Origin: Chloroflexota bacterium
GTDB lineage: Bacteria; Chloroflexota; UBA11872; VXOZ01
Reading direction: 5' to 3'
NCBI GenBank assembly: GCA_964291655.2
Contig: OZ219802.1
Span: 736,001 to 800,000 of the forward strand
DNA length: 64,000 bases
Positions within the stretch are counted from its first letter, which is position 1. Every line of letters begins with the position of its first letter. The translations under genes were made by a program, and so were the position numbers. The notes beneath the pieces are model-generated. The model worked only from the letters and a program-made list of their open reading frames with translations, had not been told where the DNA came from and searched no databases. Positions 1-10,173 of this stretch are shown here, piece after piece.

Positions 1-69
1 AACATAGCGGGCTTGGTATCCTGTTGATGTAGCGGCACTGTTTCCCCTTTAGTTTACGGCAAGCAAGAC

Positions 70-1182
70 ATGTCTTCACCACTGCATCGCATTGTCATCA
101 AAGTTGGCACGAACTTGCTCACGCAGGCTGGGATGCAACTTAACCGTGAACGCATGGCTGACTATGCGCGCCAGATCGCCCTCCTGCGAGATCAAGGAAA
201 ACAGGTGGTGTTAGTCTCCTCTGGCGCCGTAGCAGCCGGCAGAAACGCCGGTGTGCCATCCCCCAGCGGCAAGGGCATTCCGGTCCGGCAGATACTGGCC
301 GCCATCGGTCAGCCGCTTCTCATGCGGACGTATGCGGAACTCTTCGCCCCCTATGGCGTAGCGGTGGCCCAAGCTCTCTTTACGCGGACTGAATTGGAAC
401 GCGACGGCTACCTGAACGCGCGCAATACGCTCCTCGGCCTACTGGAAACCGGCGTGCTGCCGATCTGCAACGAGAACGACGTAGTTGCCGTGGCCGAACT
501 CCAGCAGATCGGCGACAATGATACGCTCTCTGCCCTCGTTGCAAATCTGGTGGATGCCGATCTACTTGCAATCTTGACCGACATCAAGGGTCTTTACACA
601 GCGGACCCGCGCAGCGATACGTCCGCCACCCATGTGCCAATGGTGGCAAGCATTACCCGCGAAGTCGAGGCAATGGCGGGCGGCGCCGGTTCCGCCAGCA
701 GTGTGGGTGGTATGGCAACCAAGATCAAAGCCGCCCGCATGGCTACCGCGGCAGGCACTGATGTCGTTATCTGCCGGGGCACGCTTCCTGACGCGATGCT
801 TGCCGTAGCCGCGGGGGAAGAGATAGGAACGCGGTTCGCAAGCAAGGTCAGCCGCACGAAGAGTCTGCGCGATGCCTGGATGGCCTCGGACCTCGCCCGC
901 GGCCATCGCATCATCGTCGACGCCGGCGCGGCAAATGCGCTCTTGAAGAACGGACGCAGCCTCCTGCCTGCCGGCATCATCGCCGTAGAGGGCACATTTA
1001 GTCGAGGTGATACCGTGGAAATCCGCGCCGACGGCGGAGATGCCTTTGCCTGCGGCCTGGTGAACTATCCTTCCGACGAACTGCGGAAGATCATGGGGAG
1101 GAAGTCGAGCGAAATCACCAAACTCTTACCTGAATCTTTCGGCGATGAAGCCGTGCACCGCAACAATATGGTCTTCCTGTAG
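70..1182 (+). CDS. proB: Glutamate 5-kinase with C-terminal PUA domain
   Basis: VIKVGT, VSSGAVAAG, NENDVV, GDNDTLSA and GGMATK motifs; C-terminal VDAGA..GRSLLPAG..HRNNMV PUA region. Confidence 0.97.
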   Translation: MSSPLHRIVIKVGTNLLTQAGMQLNRERMADYARQIALLRDQGKQVVLVSSGAVAAGRNAGVPSPSGKGIPVRQILAAIGQPLLMRTYAELFAPYGVAVAQALFTRTELERDGYLNARNTLLGLLETGVLPICNENDVVAVAELQQIGDNDTLSALVANLVDADLLAILTDIKGLYTADPRSDTSATHVPMVASITREVEAMAGGAGSASSVGGMATKIKAARMATAAGTDVVICRGTLPDAMLAVAAGEEIGTRFASKVSRTKSLRDAWMASDLARGHRIIVDAGAANALLKNGRSLLPAGIIAVEGTFSRGDTVEIRADGGDAFACGLVNYPSDELRKIMGRKSSEITKLLPESFGDEAVHRNNMVFL

Positions 1183-1298
1183 TGACGAGGATCCCAGTTG
1201 CTCCCGCATTGTCGTGCCGAGGGTCAGATTCATAATAGGTAAACTGCAGGGGGCAGGAGTCTTGTCATATAGCAGTGTAAATCTGCTAGCCAGACCCT

Positions 1299-2330
1299 TT
1301 GAATCAGCGAAGGAGTTTTCCCGTGCCGACCGGCAGAGTCGTCGTCTTCCCACATGAGTTTGCAGCCGAACTCGAAGACTTCTCCATCGTGCCCCCGGGC
1401 CCTGGGCAAGTCTTGGTGCAGTCCGAGTACAGTTGCCTAAGCGCAGGCACGGAACGCAAGCGCTATATGAATGTGTATGCCGACTCCGGCGTGCCGCAAC
1501 GTCCGTTCCCAGTGCGGCCGGGTTATGCGAACGTGGGTATCGTGGCGGAAGTCGGCGCGAATGTGACGGCGTACCAGCCGGGCGAGCGCGTCCTCACCAT
1601 GGCGAACCACACCAGTCACTACCTGCGAACGGTAGAGACGGATGCGATCGATCGTCTACCGCCCAATGTACCGTCTGATGGCGCCGCGCTTGCGGTACTC
1701 GCGCAGGTGGCCTTAGCGGGAGTGCGGCGCGCGCCGCCGGAAGTCGGCCAGGCGGCTCTGGTAGCCGGACAAGGAGTTGTCGGCCAGATGGTTGTCCAAT
1801 TCTTGAAAGCAGCCGGGTGCCGGCCCGTCATCGCGACCGACGTGGCAGATTTCCGGCTGGAACGAGCGCAGCGCAGCGGCGCCGATTTGGCCCTGAACGC
1901 CGCCCAAGAAGATGTGTACGCCGCCGTCATGGACGTGACCGGCGGCAACGGCGTCGAACGGGTCTACGATGCCACACCGGTGCCCGACGCGCTGCCGACA
2001 AGCCTGCGTGTGGCGGCGACACGCGGCATCATCGTGATGCTTGGCGGCCCCATGGGCAAGGCAGAGTTAAATCTCTACGCGGACTTCTTCCGGCGCGACC
2101 TCACACTCATGGGCGTCTTCCAACCGCTGACGCCGACGGAGGCCACACCGCAGGCACCGTGGACTCAGCAGCGCCACCGCCAACTCTATCTCACCATGCT
2201 TGAAAGTGGCGCCGTACAGGCTGAGCACCTGATCACCCATGTCGCGTTGCCGACTGATGCTGCCGCCATCTACGCCATGCTCGCGGCAGGCGGGGAAGAC
2301 TCTCTCGGAGTGCTGTTCGACTGGCGCTAG
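1299..2330 (+). CDS. Medium-chain (zinc-binding-type) dehydrogenase/reductase
   Basis: SAGTE and PGYANVG N-terminal motifs, Rossmann GQGVVG; TTG start uncertain. Confidence 0.85.
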   Translation: MNQRRSFPVPTGRVVVFPHEFAAELEDFSIVPPGPGQVLVQSEYSCLSAGTERKRYMNVYADSGVPQRPFPVRPGYANVGIVAEVGANVTAYQPGERVLTMANHTSHYLRTVETDAIDRLPPNVPSDGAALAVLAQVALAGVRRAPPEVGQAALVAGQGVVGQMVVQFLKAAGCRPVIATDVADFRLERAQRSGADLALNAAQEDVYAAVMDVTGGNGVERVYDATPVPDALPTSLRVAATRGIIVMLGGPMGKAELNLYADFFRRDLTLMGVFQPLTPTEATPQAPWTQQRHRQLYLTMLESGAVQAEHLITHVALPTDAAAIYAMLAAGGEDSLGVLFDWR

Positions 2331-2360
2331 CCGCCTACCGTCTCCGGAGGAATCGGTTCG

Positions 2361-3368
2361 CTACCACTCCAAGATTACGCCAAGGTAGGACGTACGGTCC
2401 GCGAGTAGCTTCGGATATAGGTTTGGGGCGCCTTCCGCGGGGGTCCGGTACGTGATGAGGTCACGCACGTTGACGCGGTCATGCGCCAAGAGGTCCATGA
2501 CGTAAGCGGCGTGAGCGCCGCGCGTCCAGCGATTTTCCTTTGACTCTCCGCTCGGGTGATTGCCGATGGCGCCGATGACCTGGAGGGGCTTGATGTGCAC
2601 CTGCTGCATATCCACCGGCGCGGGATAGCGCGGCGAACCAAGTCCTACCACCCGTCCGTGGGGCCTCGTCAGAGCAAACGTCAGGTCATACGTCTCAGTA
2701 AGACCGGTTGCCTCGAAGACGATATCGGCGCCGCGGCCTGCGGTAAGGTCGTGAACCGCGTCCACCACGTCGTCTACACCGGGATTCAGCAGATGGGTAG
2801 CAGCCCCTACCTTCCGAGTAAGAGCTAGCCGACTTGGTTCAAGATCAACGGCAATGACCGGCTCGCAACCCCCAAGACGAAGAAACTGGACCGCGAGCTG
2901 GCCGAGGATGCCCTGTCCCACGACTACTGCGCACTCGCCAAGCTGCGGCGTCCCGCGACGGTAGGCATTGAGCACGGTAGCCCCCAACGTACAGAACGTT
3001 GCTTCTTCATCCGAAACCGATTTGGGAATCGAAACGGCCCCATCGAGATTGCGCACAACTTGAATGGTGGCGTGACGGGCGGCGCTGGCAATGCGGTCGC
3101 CTACTTTCCACGGCGCCGTAGCTTCGCCAGTTGCTACCACGATACCGGCATTAGAGTACCCGGGATACGTTGGATATTTCGGTAGTATACCCGTCCCCGG
3201 ATTCGTCCATTGCCGACCGGAGAAGAAAGCCAATTCGGTACCTATGCTGATCAAGGAACGGCGGGTCTCAATCGACAGTTCACCGCATTGGGGCAGCGGC
3301 ACGTGATGCTCTTCCCAGGCGACCTCTTGCGGTCCTGGGAACACCAGCCGGCGGCTATTCGACTTCAC
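2361..3368 (-). CDS. Medium-chain dehydrogenase/reductase, paralogue convergent with 1299..2330
   Basis: SIGTE, PGYSNAG, GQGILG, GADIVFEATG. Confidence 0.87.
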   Translation of the reverse strand: MKSNSRRLVFPGPQEVAWEEHHVPLPQCGELSIETRRSLISIGTELAFFSGRQWTNPGTGILPKYPTYPGYSNAGIVVATGEATAPWKVGDRIASAARHATIQVVRNLDGAVSIPKSVSDEEATFCTLGATVLNAYRRGTPQLGECAVVVGQGILGQLAVQFLRLGGCEPVIAVDLEPSRLALTRKVGAATHLLNPGVDDVVDAVHDLTAGRGADIVFEATGLTETYDLTFALTRPHGRVVGLGSPRYPAPVDMQQVHIKPLQVIGAIGNHPSGESKENRWTRGAHAAYVMDLLAHDRVNVRDLITYRTPAEGAPNLYPKLLADRTSYLGVILEW

Positions 3369-3819
3369 GTGTCCCTCTCACTTTCTTTGAACCCGATCGG
3401 TCGGCTGCGAGAATTCCAATTCATCCCCGCCTATTTCCAGGGAGAGTGCAAGGCTGACAGGCTTCGAAAAGAATTCAAGAAGGGGCGCAAGAAGCTATTG
3501 CAGAGTAGATTACTCTAATGCAACAGACCCTCTAGGTTGCCAATTTGAGGATGGTAGCATCACGAGCCGCAATGGACTACCGGGCAATGCTCAGGAGCGT
3601 AGGCAGGGGACCTTGATGCGCTACCGACAATCGCATGGGATCGGGACAGAAAGAATTCATCAAGGCGGCAACGAAGCAGCACTCTAGACGAGATAGTCTT
3701 TGCAATCTACCAAAGCTGAAACAAGGGGCCTTGCCCGTAGAACAACAAACTTAGCCCGCAACAAGAACGGTAGACTCTGACTTCTTTGGCTCCTTTGGCA
3801 AGAGCCTTTACTGGGGGAA

Positions 3820-4101
3820 CTAGGGTCCGTCGTAGGGTTGGGGTTTGAACGGTTCCTCAGGCTTGTCCCAATCGATCCACAGCTTCTTGCGACGAAATTG
3901 AAAAACCCAGAAGTCTAACGCCGCAAGCAAGATGACGAGTGTGCCCAGCATCACCGCGCCAAAGACCGCATAGTTCGAGGTGATCGCCACAGCACTCAAA
4001 AACTGCGCGGAAGAGTATCCCCATTCAATGAATGGCCCTACCTGAAAGAAGATATCAAATTTTGGCATCGCATTCCTCGCATAGTGTTTGCTCGCACCCA
4101 T
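3820..4101 (-). CDS. Small hypothetical membrane protein
   Basis: 93-aa ORF with a hydrophobic segment (YAVFGAVMLGTLVILLAALDFWVF) followed by RRKK; co-oriented with dprA. Confidence 0.5.
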   Translation of the reverse strand: MGASKHYARNAMPKFDIFFQVGPFIEWGYSSAQFLSAVAITSNYAVFGAVMLGTLVILLAALDFWVFQFRRKKLWIDWDKPEEPFKPQPYDGP

Positions 4102-4200
4102 TATGGCACGTCAGTTAGCTACTCGCAACTGCGGCGGGTGCAATCCCGATACACCCTCAAGCGTTAGGTGAGCCAACCAGGGCAGGTAGAATTTGTCGGT

Positions 4201-4512
4201 CTAGCCACCGCAGAATAGCGCCTGGTATCTACTCAAGACACGTGCGTACAGTGGGCCAGCCTCCGTCTCACCTTGCGCCCATCGCAAGACCTCTCCATGT
4301 AGCTTGTCCCCCAGATGGAAGCGGAGGTCGCCAAGCAGTTCAATGGCGCCCGGCAGTTCAACCTGCAGCGCCCCCAGGAAGAGGTCGAGTCGCGGATTAG
4401 CGCGCCCCCCTTCCACGGTGCGTTTACCGAAGAGAAATCTCAACACCAAAGCCTGTTCTTCGGCAGTTGCTTGCGCCAACCGTTCATAGAGTACGCGGGG
4501 ATCCGGGCTCAT
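4201..4512 (-). CDS. Hypothetical protein
   Basis: 103-aa ORF starting 3 nt after the dprA stop; plausible composition. Confidence 0.6.
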   Translation of the reverse strand: MSPDPRVLYERLAQATAEEQALVLRFLFGKRTVEGGRANPRLDLFLGALQVELPGAIELLGDLRFHLGDKLHGEVLRWAQGETEAGPLYARVLSRYQALFCGG

Positions 4513-4515
4513 CTG

Positions 4516-5616
4516 TCAGTCTCTTAGCCTGCCGCGCGCATACGTGAGGGCACCAACCGCATGAACAACGCCCCGCACCTCCATCAGCGTCAGCAAACTG
4601 CTTACCTCTTGCACTGGGATAGCAGTTTGGGCACTGATTTCGTCCACGTGCACCGGATCGCCATCCAGCACCTCAAAGATGCGCCCTTCTTCCGCACTCA
4701 TAGGGATAGCGGTAGCCAGTTCAGCCTGCCTCCCGGCCATGTGGATGTTGAGCTCGCCGAGAATGTCTTCTACGTTCATGACGAGCTTGGCGCCGTCCTG
4801 GATCAAACGGTGCGGCCCGGCGCTGGACCGCGTCATGATGCTGCCGGGCACCGCGAAGACATCGCGCCCTTGTTGGCCCGCAAATTCAGCAGTAATGAGC
4901 GCGCCGCTCCGTTCGCGGGACTCGGTGATTACAACGCCAAGCGAAAGACCGCTAATGAGTCGATTGCGCACGGGAAATTGATCCGCTGCAGGCTGTCGTC
5001 CCAATGGGTATTCGGAAATGAGCGCCCCCTGTGCCGCGACCTCCTCAGCCAGCCGCCGGTGCTCGGCCGGGTAGATGATGTCCAGTCCGCAACCGAAGAC
5101 TGCGAGCGTGCGCCCTCCGGACTCAAGGGCAGCGCGATGTGCCACGGCGTCTATGCCGCGAGCCAACCCGCTAACCACCGTCACGCCATTGGCGGCGAGG
5201 TCTGTAGCAAGGCGGCGGGTGACACTGCGCCCATAGGAAGTTGCATTGCGCGTACCCACTATTGCCACGCCCAACGCGTCGCTCGCCGCCATACTGCCAC
5301 GTACGTAAAGGCAAATGGGAGGACTGGGAATCTGCCGGAGGAGCGGAGGAAATGCGGCATCGGCCCACGTCAGCACCTCAATCTGCGCTTTCGCAAGCCG
5401 GGCCAGTTCCTTCGTCGGGTCAATCTTGCCGCGGGCGCGTTCCAGGTTGGCGGCAACGGCCGGCTCCAGACCGGCATCCCGCCATGCGGCAGGAGAGGCG
5501 CTCCAAGCCGCGCCCATTGTGCCAAAGTGCCGCAAGAGGCGGTGCATCCGACCCGGCCCAATATCCGGCGCCATACTCAGCGCTACATAGAATGCACGAT
5601 CTTCATCAGGCGTCAT
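4516..5616 (-). CDS. dprA: DNA-processing protein DprA
   Basis: AIVGTR, VSGLARGIDA, FPVRNRLISG, SGALITA, GRDVFAVPG; C-terminal winged helix. Confidence 0.96.
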   Translation of the reverse strand: MTPDEDRAFYVALSMAPDIGPGRMHRLLRHFGTMGAAWSASPAAWRDAGLEPAVAANLERARGKIDPTKELARLAKAQIEVLTWADAAFPPLLRQIPSPPICLYVRGSMAASDALGVAIVGTRNATSYGRSVTRRLATDLAANGVTVVSGLARGIDAVAHRAALESGGRTLAVFGCGLDIIYPAEHRRLAEEVAAQGALISEYPLGRQPAADQFPVRNRLISGLSLGVVITESRERSGALITAEFAGQQGRDVFAVPGSIMTRSSAGPHRLIQDGAKLVMNVEDILGELNIHMAGRQAELATAIPMSAEEGRIFEVLDGDPVHVDEISAQTAIPVQEVSSLLTLMEVRGVVHAVGALTYARGRLRD

Positions 5617-5934
5617 GAATGGTGCTCCACATGCGGCCAGTGCGTGGAGAGACTGCCGTCTCGCACGAGAATTGCTGAGGCGCTAGTCACAACTGCTTCA
5701 CCCACGCATGCAAAGTGCGTGCGTGAAAGTCGCGCAACCAGCGTAGGAGAAAGCAAGGAATCGTTCTTCTCCGTCGGTAGGTAGTGTATCATGTACAGCA
5801 AGGCTGGTCTGAGACCAATCGAAGCAAAATCGGCCGGCTCGGACCTCATTCTTGATTTCAATACCACTCTTGAAAGCCTAGTATTTTCTCCCAAGTCACA
5901 TCCGCTACATGCACCTCTTTGGATCATCGAAACT

Positions 5935-6555
5935 ATGAATATTGAAAGTGCGGAGATTACTGCAACTGAACAACAGACCCCGCAAACGCGGATACTTGTT
6001 GTGGATGATGAGTCGATCATCCGCTTGGACTTACGCGAGCGGCTGACCGACCTGGGTTACACGGTAGTTGGCGAAGCGGCAGATGGGCACATGGCAGTGT
6101 CCCTGACGCGGCGCCTGCGGCCTGACCTGGTGCTCATGGACATCAAGATGCCAAAGATGGATGGCATAACTGCTGCGCGCGTCCTCCTGGAAGAGCGGAT
6201 TGCGCCGATAGTGCTTCTCACGGCCTTCAGTGATCGCGGACTCGTCGAGGATGCACGAGAGGCAGGTGTGCTCGGCTACATCTCCAAACCGTTCCGTGAA
6301 GCCGACCTCGTGCCGACACTCGAAGTCGCCATTGCCCGATTCGCGGAGTTGAAGGCAATCGAGCTGGAAAACGTGGACCTTAAGGAGACGCTGGCAACGC
6401 GGCGACTGGTAGAGCGGGCAAAAGGGATGTTGATGGATGCGCAAGGCCTCTCCGAAGGCGCAGCCTTCCGCCGCATCCAAAAGCTTGCTATGGACCGCCG
6501 CAAACCGATGAGAGAAATTGCCGAGGCCATAATCCTCGCTAACGAGATTACGTAA
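5935..6555 (+). CDS. Response regulator with receiver and ANTAR RNA-binding domains (PdtaR/EutV-like)
   Basis: VVDDE, MDIKMP, YISKP receiver; coiled coil then LVERAKGMLM..LSEGAAFRRIQKLAMDRRKPM ANTAR; start 5935 preferred over 5791. Confidence 0.93.
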   Translation: MNIESAEITATEQQTPQTRILVVDDESIIRLDLRERLTDLGYTVVGEAADGHMAVSLTRRLRPDLVLMDIKMPKMDGITAARVLLEERIAPIVLLTAFSDRGLVEDAREAGVLGYISKPFREADLVPTLEVAIARFAELKAIELENVDLKETLATRRLVERAKGMLMDAQGLSEGAAFRRIQKLAMDRRKPMREIAEAIILANEIT

Positions 6556-6839
6556 CCACACGGTGTGCCGGCATTTCGCACCATTACTTGCCATCCTGGT
6601 TAACCTCTATCACCGCATTGGCGCAACCATTATTGCCTTCTTGGTTGTCGCGCAGACACTCTGCCGGAGTGTCGGTAGAGCCTGGCTAAGACCGTTGGCT
6701 GGATGTTGACCGGGGGACTAGCCAACTTCCATTGCCGTTTACGCTCCACTGCAGCATTGGTACTCACTTGCTCTGGTACCAATCCTCTCCTATCATTTAG
6801 CACAAGCGGTTGGGAGCGAATCGTCCACAAAACTTACAC

Positions 6840-9800
6840 ATGGCATTTTCGTCTCAAGCACTATCTTCCAATGCATTCCTCCGACGTCATGGGCCATGGC
6901 TGGGTGCTACCTTTCTCCTTGCGGCGCTTGTAACCGCCTTCTTTTGGAAAGCGCTTCTCACCGACCGGGTGCTCGCGGGCTACGATCTGTCGACGTATTT
7001 CTACCCGTACCGCCAATACGCGGCCACAGCGCTGCGGCAAGGCAACCTGCCGTTGTGGAATCCCTATCTCTTCCAGGGCGTCCCTTTCCTTGCCAACCAA
7101 CAGACTGCGGTGTTCTACCCACCGAATCTGCTCTACCTATTCTTTTCTGCCGAGACGGGTCTGGCACTCTCCATCGCGCTGCACCTGATTTGGGGCGCCC
7201 TAGGAGTTTACGTTTTCACCCGAATGACCACGAACCTCGTCTGGCCCGCGGCGATAGGGGCTGCCATAACGTTTGGTCTAAGTGGGTTCTTGGGCGCTCA
7301 GGTCGGGCACGTCAATCAAGTAAACGCCGCAGTGTGGTTGCCGTGGGCTCTTCTCACCGCGCACTACGTGTACCGCGGGCGCAGCGTGCGGTGGGCGGTA
7401 GCGCTGAGCTTCCTCCTTGCGGTGCAGCTCCTTGCCGGACATGCCCAACCTTCATACATGACCCTGGTCGCGGTGATGTTCTCATGGCTGGGACATGCCG
7501 TGTGGGACTTGCTCGGCGTCACTGCTTATCGACCCGCCTTTCTTATGACAAATGAGGAGCCTGTCACGGAGCAGAGTGCGCCTACGTTGGGACTGCCGCC
7601 AGCGCCTCCGTGGTTCGCCTACCTGCGGGACCGGTACACGCAAATTCTATGGCGCCCCGTCGTGGCTCTGGTCTTGCTTGGCGGCGCGTTCGCGAGCACG
7701 GCGGCGCTTACCGCTCCTCAAGTGCTGCCCATGCTCCAACTCACCCACCACTCCATCCGTCAGGGGGGTCTGAGCTATGATGAAGCCTCTTCGTTCTCGC
7801 TGTCCCCACGTGAGTTTCTCGCCGGCATGCTGCCCACTCCGGACGGTTTCGTAAGCACGGATGAGTTCTTCGGCTTTATCGGCATCCTCGCCATTGCACT
7901 GGCACTGCTTGCATTGGTCGCAGCTTACCGCCGGCCTGCCACGTGGGGCTTTGCCGGCCTTGCCTTCGTAGGCCTTTTCCTTGCACTTGGCAGGTATAAC
8001 CCAGTCTATCCGGCCCTCTTTGAGGTCCTGCCGGGATTGGACCTCTTTCGAGTCCCTGCCCGTTGGCTGTTGCTCTACACGTTCAGCGCCAGTGTGCTTG
8101 TCGGCATTGGTATTGACTGGTTAGCCAACACTGCCCGCAATCATGGAAGACCACGCCAAACGATTCTGCGATTTGGCGTGGGCGTTGTCCTCTTAGCGTT
8201 GATTCTCGCTGCGCTCGCGCCGCTCCAGCATTCATTCTCATCTGAACTGCCCCTCATTTGGCTCGGTTTTGCGATTGCGAGCGTTGGGCTGATTCTCGTC
8301 GTGCTGCGCGTTCCGTCCCTTCTCTTAATCTTGCCGCTCTTCTTGGCGCTGGAGCTCTTCTGGGCCTCACGACATCTGGAATACAACCAAGCGCCGCCTC
8401 CCATCGCCTATACCGACCCGGGACCTGTAACTGCTACACTGCGCGACGTGTATCAGGGCGGGCGCATCCTCAGTCTTGCCGGTACTGCCTACGCTCCCGG
8501 CGTAGAACCGCAACTGCGGGAGCAGTTCGCTCACTTGGGAGACGGCAGCACGTACAATCTCCTCGTCACGCAGAAATACTTTGAAGTCATGACCCCGAAC
8601 GTGCCGCAAGGATTTCAAATAGCCACCATAGACGGCTACGACGGCGGTGTGCTGCCTCTGGATGACTACGTGCGCATGAAGGAGGTGCTGCAGCCCGGGG
8701 CGTCGGCGCTACCGGACGCAATCCTCCGCGACCAGCTCAATGCCGTGCCGCCGCCTCGCATCCTCGACCTCTTTGGCGTTGCCTATCTGCTCGATGACAA
8801 GATACGCGACCCGTGGGTTGACGACGTGTACTACGACACAACCTTTACGCAAGCCGTCAACGCGGAAAGCCCGGCGGTTACCCTTGCCAATGTGCCGCAA
8901 GTTGCCGCCGACCGCATCGGGATCATCTCGTACCTCACCGATGCGGCCACCCTCCCACAGGGGCAGGCAGTTGCCACGCTCCGTATCACAACCACTGATA
9001 ACCGGGTTATCGAGCGACCCTTGCAGGCCGGCGTGCATACCGCCGAGGGCGAGTTTGAAAAATCAACTCCGGCGCACCAAGAGGTGCGGGTTGTTGGCGC
9101 CTGGCGGGATAACCCGCAAGGCCGCCACTATCACGCAGTCGTAGATCTCGGCGAGACCGTATCCATCAAGGAAGCCGCTGTAGAGTACCAAGCTGCCAGC
9201 GGCACGCTGCATCTGGTTGCCATGAGCGCAGTTGGGCCCGAGGCGCACGCACCATTCATCCTCACCACCGAGCCATTGTCGCTCCTATTCAGCGGTGACG
9301 TGAAGCTCTACCAGCGTGATCATGCACTTGGCCTCGTGTATGCAGCGAGTACCGTCTACCTTGCGGAGAGCACCGATCTGGCTCGCATCGCTCTCGGCAG
9401 CCCTGCATTCCGCGTCGGACAAGATGTTGTCCTGGAACGGGAGACGGACTTCCTCGAGTTGCCGCCGCGCAATGCGTTGACCGGGTTTCTGAGGCCACTC
9501 AAGCATTGGCTCCAGCGTTTGGACCTCGTGGGCGGCGGGCCGCCGTTCGGCGTTGTGCGCCCCCATCACGAAACCCGCTTTGGCGCCGGCTCTGAGTCTC
9601 GTGAATTGGAAATGACACACACAGTGCTTGGGGCGGATTCCGCAACGGTCACACTTGAAACGGAACGCCCCCAACCGGAACACCTTATCGTGCGGTACGA
9701 CTCTCCAACCCCGCGCATGCTCGTGTTTTCAGAGACCTTCATCCCAGGCTGGGAGGCCACTCTTGACGGACAACCAATTGAAATCTGGCGGGCGAACGCC

Positions 9801-9962
9801 TACTACCAAGCAGTCTTGGTCCCTGCCGGCGCACATGAGATCGTCTTCCGGTACCAGCCGGCGGCATTTCGTCTCGGCATTGCGATAGCCCTCATCGCGC
9901 TGCCTATCCTCACCCTTGTTTGGTCTCTCCCCGCGATTATTCGACGCTTAAGGTGGGCATGA
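6840..9962 (+). CDS. YfhO-family (GT-C-like) polytopic membrane protein
   Basis: D..TYFYP, PLWNPY..GVPFLA, AGHAQ, FRVPAR; C-terminal ETFIPGWEATLDG..RAN..V.VPAGAHEI.F.Y.P. Confidence 0.88.
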   Translation: MAFSSQALSSNAFLRRHGPWLGATFLLAALVTAFFWKALLTDRVLAGYDLSTYFYPYRQYAATALRQGNLPLWNPYLFQGVPFLANQQTAVFYPPNLLYLFFSAETGLALSIALHLIWGALGVYVFTRMTTNLVWPAAIGAAITFGLSGFLGAQVGHVNQVNAAVWLPWALLTAHYVYRGRSVRWAVALSFLLAVQLLAGHAQPSYMTLVAVMFSWLGHAVWDLLGVTAYRPAFLMTNEEPVTEQSAPTLGLPPAPPWFAYLRDRYTQILWRPVVALVLLGGAFASTAALTAPQVLPMLQLTHHSIRQGGLSYDEASSFSLSPREFLAGMLPTPDGFVSTDEFFGFIGILAIALALLALVAAYRRPATWGFAGLAFVGLFLALGRYNPVYPALFEVLPGLDLFRVPARWLLLYTFSASVLVGIGIDWLANTARNHGRPRQTILRFGVGVVLLALILAALAPLQHSFSSELPLIWLGFAIASVGLILVVLRVPSLLLILPLFLALELFWASRHLEYNQAPPPIAYTDPGPVTATLRDVYQGGRILSLAGTAYAPGVEPQLREQFAHLGDGSTYNLLVTQKYFEVMTPNVPQGFQIATIDGYDGGVLPLDDYVRMKEVLQPGASALPDAILRDQLNAVPPPRILDLFGVAYLLDDKIRDPWVDDVYYDTTFTQAVNAESPAVTLANVPQVAADRIGIISYLTDAATLPQGQAVATLRITTTDNRVIERPLQAGVHTAEGEFEKSTPAHQEVRVVGAWRDNPQGRHYHAVVDLGETVSIKEAAVEYQAASGTLHLVAMSAVGPEAHAPFILTTEPLSLLFSGDVKLYQRDHALGLVYAASTVYLAESTDLARIALGSPAFRVGQDVVLERETDFLELPPRNALTGFLRPLKHWLQRLDLVGGGPPFGVVRPHHETRFGAGSESRELEMTHTVLGADSATVTLETERPQPEHLIVRYDSPTPRMLVFSETFIPGWEATLDGQPIEIWRANAYYQAVLVPAGAHEIVFRYQPAAFRLGIAIALIALPILTLVWSLPAIIRRLRWA

Positions 9963-10173
9963 GGCGCATCCCACTTTGATAGGTGACGGGAGACTTTGAA
10001 CGCACTCTGTCGAATTTGAGGTTGGGTTCCACAGACACTTTCCCTCAATGCTCCAGTTTCCGGTCATAAAGGCCGTGATGCTCGCGCCTCCGGCTGCGTA
10101 TTAGGCTGCACCATTCACCCAGGGCGACGAGTTTGGCGCCAGCGATAGATTGAAAAAGCCTTTCGTAACCTGG

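Noticed and set aside
3370-3815. ANTAR hairpins or a hidden gene in the long intergenic region
   Set aside because: Several AAxG loops occur but without adequate closing stems or a paired second hairpin; the ORFs are unconvincing.
4561-5784. Long antisense ORFs (also 29568-30608, 46172-47107, 58087-58932, 62871-63713)
   Set aside because: Shadow frames opposite well-supported genes in GC-rich DNA, with no recognisable motifs.
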